Below are positions 35,689 to 36,186 of a DNA stretch of 36,186 nucleotides, one piece after another. Numbering within the stretch: the stretch's first letter is position 1; each line of letters opens with the position of its first letter. Both the position numbers and the translations under genes were made by a program. The stretch lies in the sequence record DRR723986_9267, one strand, 5' to 3'. Under the pieces are notes generated by a model. It had not been told where the DNA came from. It worked only from the letters and a program-made list of their open reading frames with translations, and made no database searches.

Positions 35689-36129
35689 ATGACCCCCCAA
35701 GAAGAAACCATCGTCCTCGAGGCCCGTGACATCCTCGGCCGCTACCTCAGCCAGAACCCGGTCATCAGCAGCTGGCAGGCGCTCATGGACTATTGCGCGC
35801 TTACCGTCCGCGGACCGGTCGAGCGCTTCCACGTCCTCTATCTCGACCGCAAGAACCGCATCATCTCCGATGAGCTTCTCTCGACGGGCACGGTTGATCA
35901 CGTCCCGGTTTATCCGCGCGAGGTGATCAAGCGGGCGCTGATGCTGAACGCCAGCGCCCTGATCCTGATCCACAACCACCCGTCCGGCGATCCGACGCCG
36001 TCGGAGGCCGATGTCAGCATGACCAAGGAGATCCAGAAGGGCTGCAAGTATCTCGGCCTCACGCTGCACGATCACATCATCGTCGGTGCCGGGACGGAGC
36101 TGAGCCTGCGGGCGCTCGGCAAGCTCTGA
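35689..36129 (+). CDS. radC: RadC-like JAB/MPN domain protein
   Basis: ERFHVLYLD, GTVDHVPVYPREV, HNHPSGDPTPSEAD, LHDHIIVG. Confidence 0.93.
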   Translation: MTPQEETIVLEARDILGRYLSQNPVISSWQALMDYCALTVRGPVERFHVLYLDRKNRIISDELLSTGTVDHVPVYPREVIKRALMLNASALILIHNHPSGDPTPSEADVSMTKEIQKGCKYLGLTLHDHIIVGAGTELSLRALGKL

Positions 36130-36186
36130 CGCTGTGGCTAGTTGTGGAACGTCAACAGGGCACCTCGATTTTTCCTTGTTTTCCGC

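Noticed and set aside
35689-36129. JAB protein as CBASS Cap3 or part of a ubiquitin-like system
   Set aside because: The motifs are RadC-type and no cyclase or E1/E2 genes are adjacent within the window.

Overview
GC-rich alphaproteobacterial (Rhodobacteraceae-like) repABC plasmid segment with four blocks. (1) 1-15.7 kb: a periplasmic copper/redox accessory cluster, with ccmF-G-H-I, DsbD/ScsB-like and DsbA/ScsC-like proteins, a Tat multicopper oxidase, four c-type cytochromes, two L,D-transpeptidases, small Met/His/Cys-rich proteins and an SDR-SPW-VKOR fusion broken by one in-frame TGA. Two divergent MerR/CueR-like promoter dyads sit at about 6.2-6.3 kb. (2) 15.7-23.5 kb: plasmid maintenance, with a GSU2403-type nucleotidyltransferase, a DUF1612/HTH-like protein, a serine resolvase, vapBC, and repABC with an antisense ctRNA and two parS-like palindromes. 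(3) 23.6-36.2 kb: a backbone resembling a conjugative leading region (large ParB-domain protein, H-NS, SSB, DUF932, RadC/JAB). Four of its genes are preceded by two families of repeated, covarying structured non-coding leaders. (4) Inserted in that backbone: a lower-GC three-gene Lamassu/ABC-three-component defence system with an Mrr-like nuclease effector, and a LysR-divergent operon of three exported proteins (two SnoaL-like, one luciferase-like DUF5519). All assignments come from motif reading by eye; no database searches or folding computations were run. No CRISPR array, tRNA, rRNA or IS transposase was seen.
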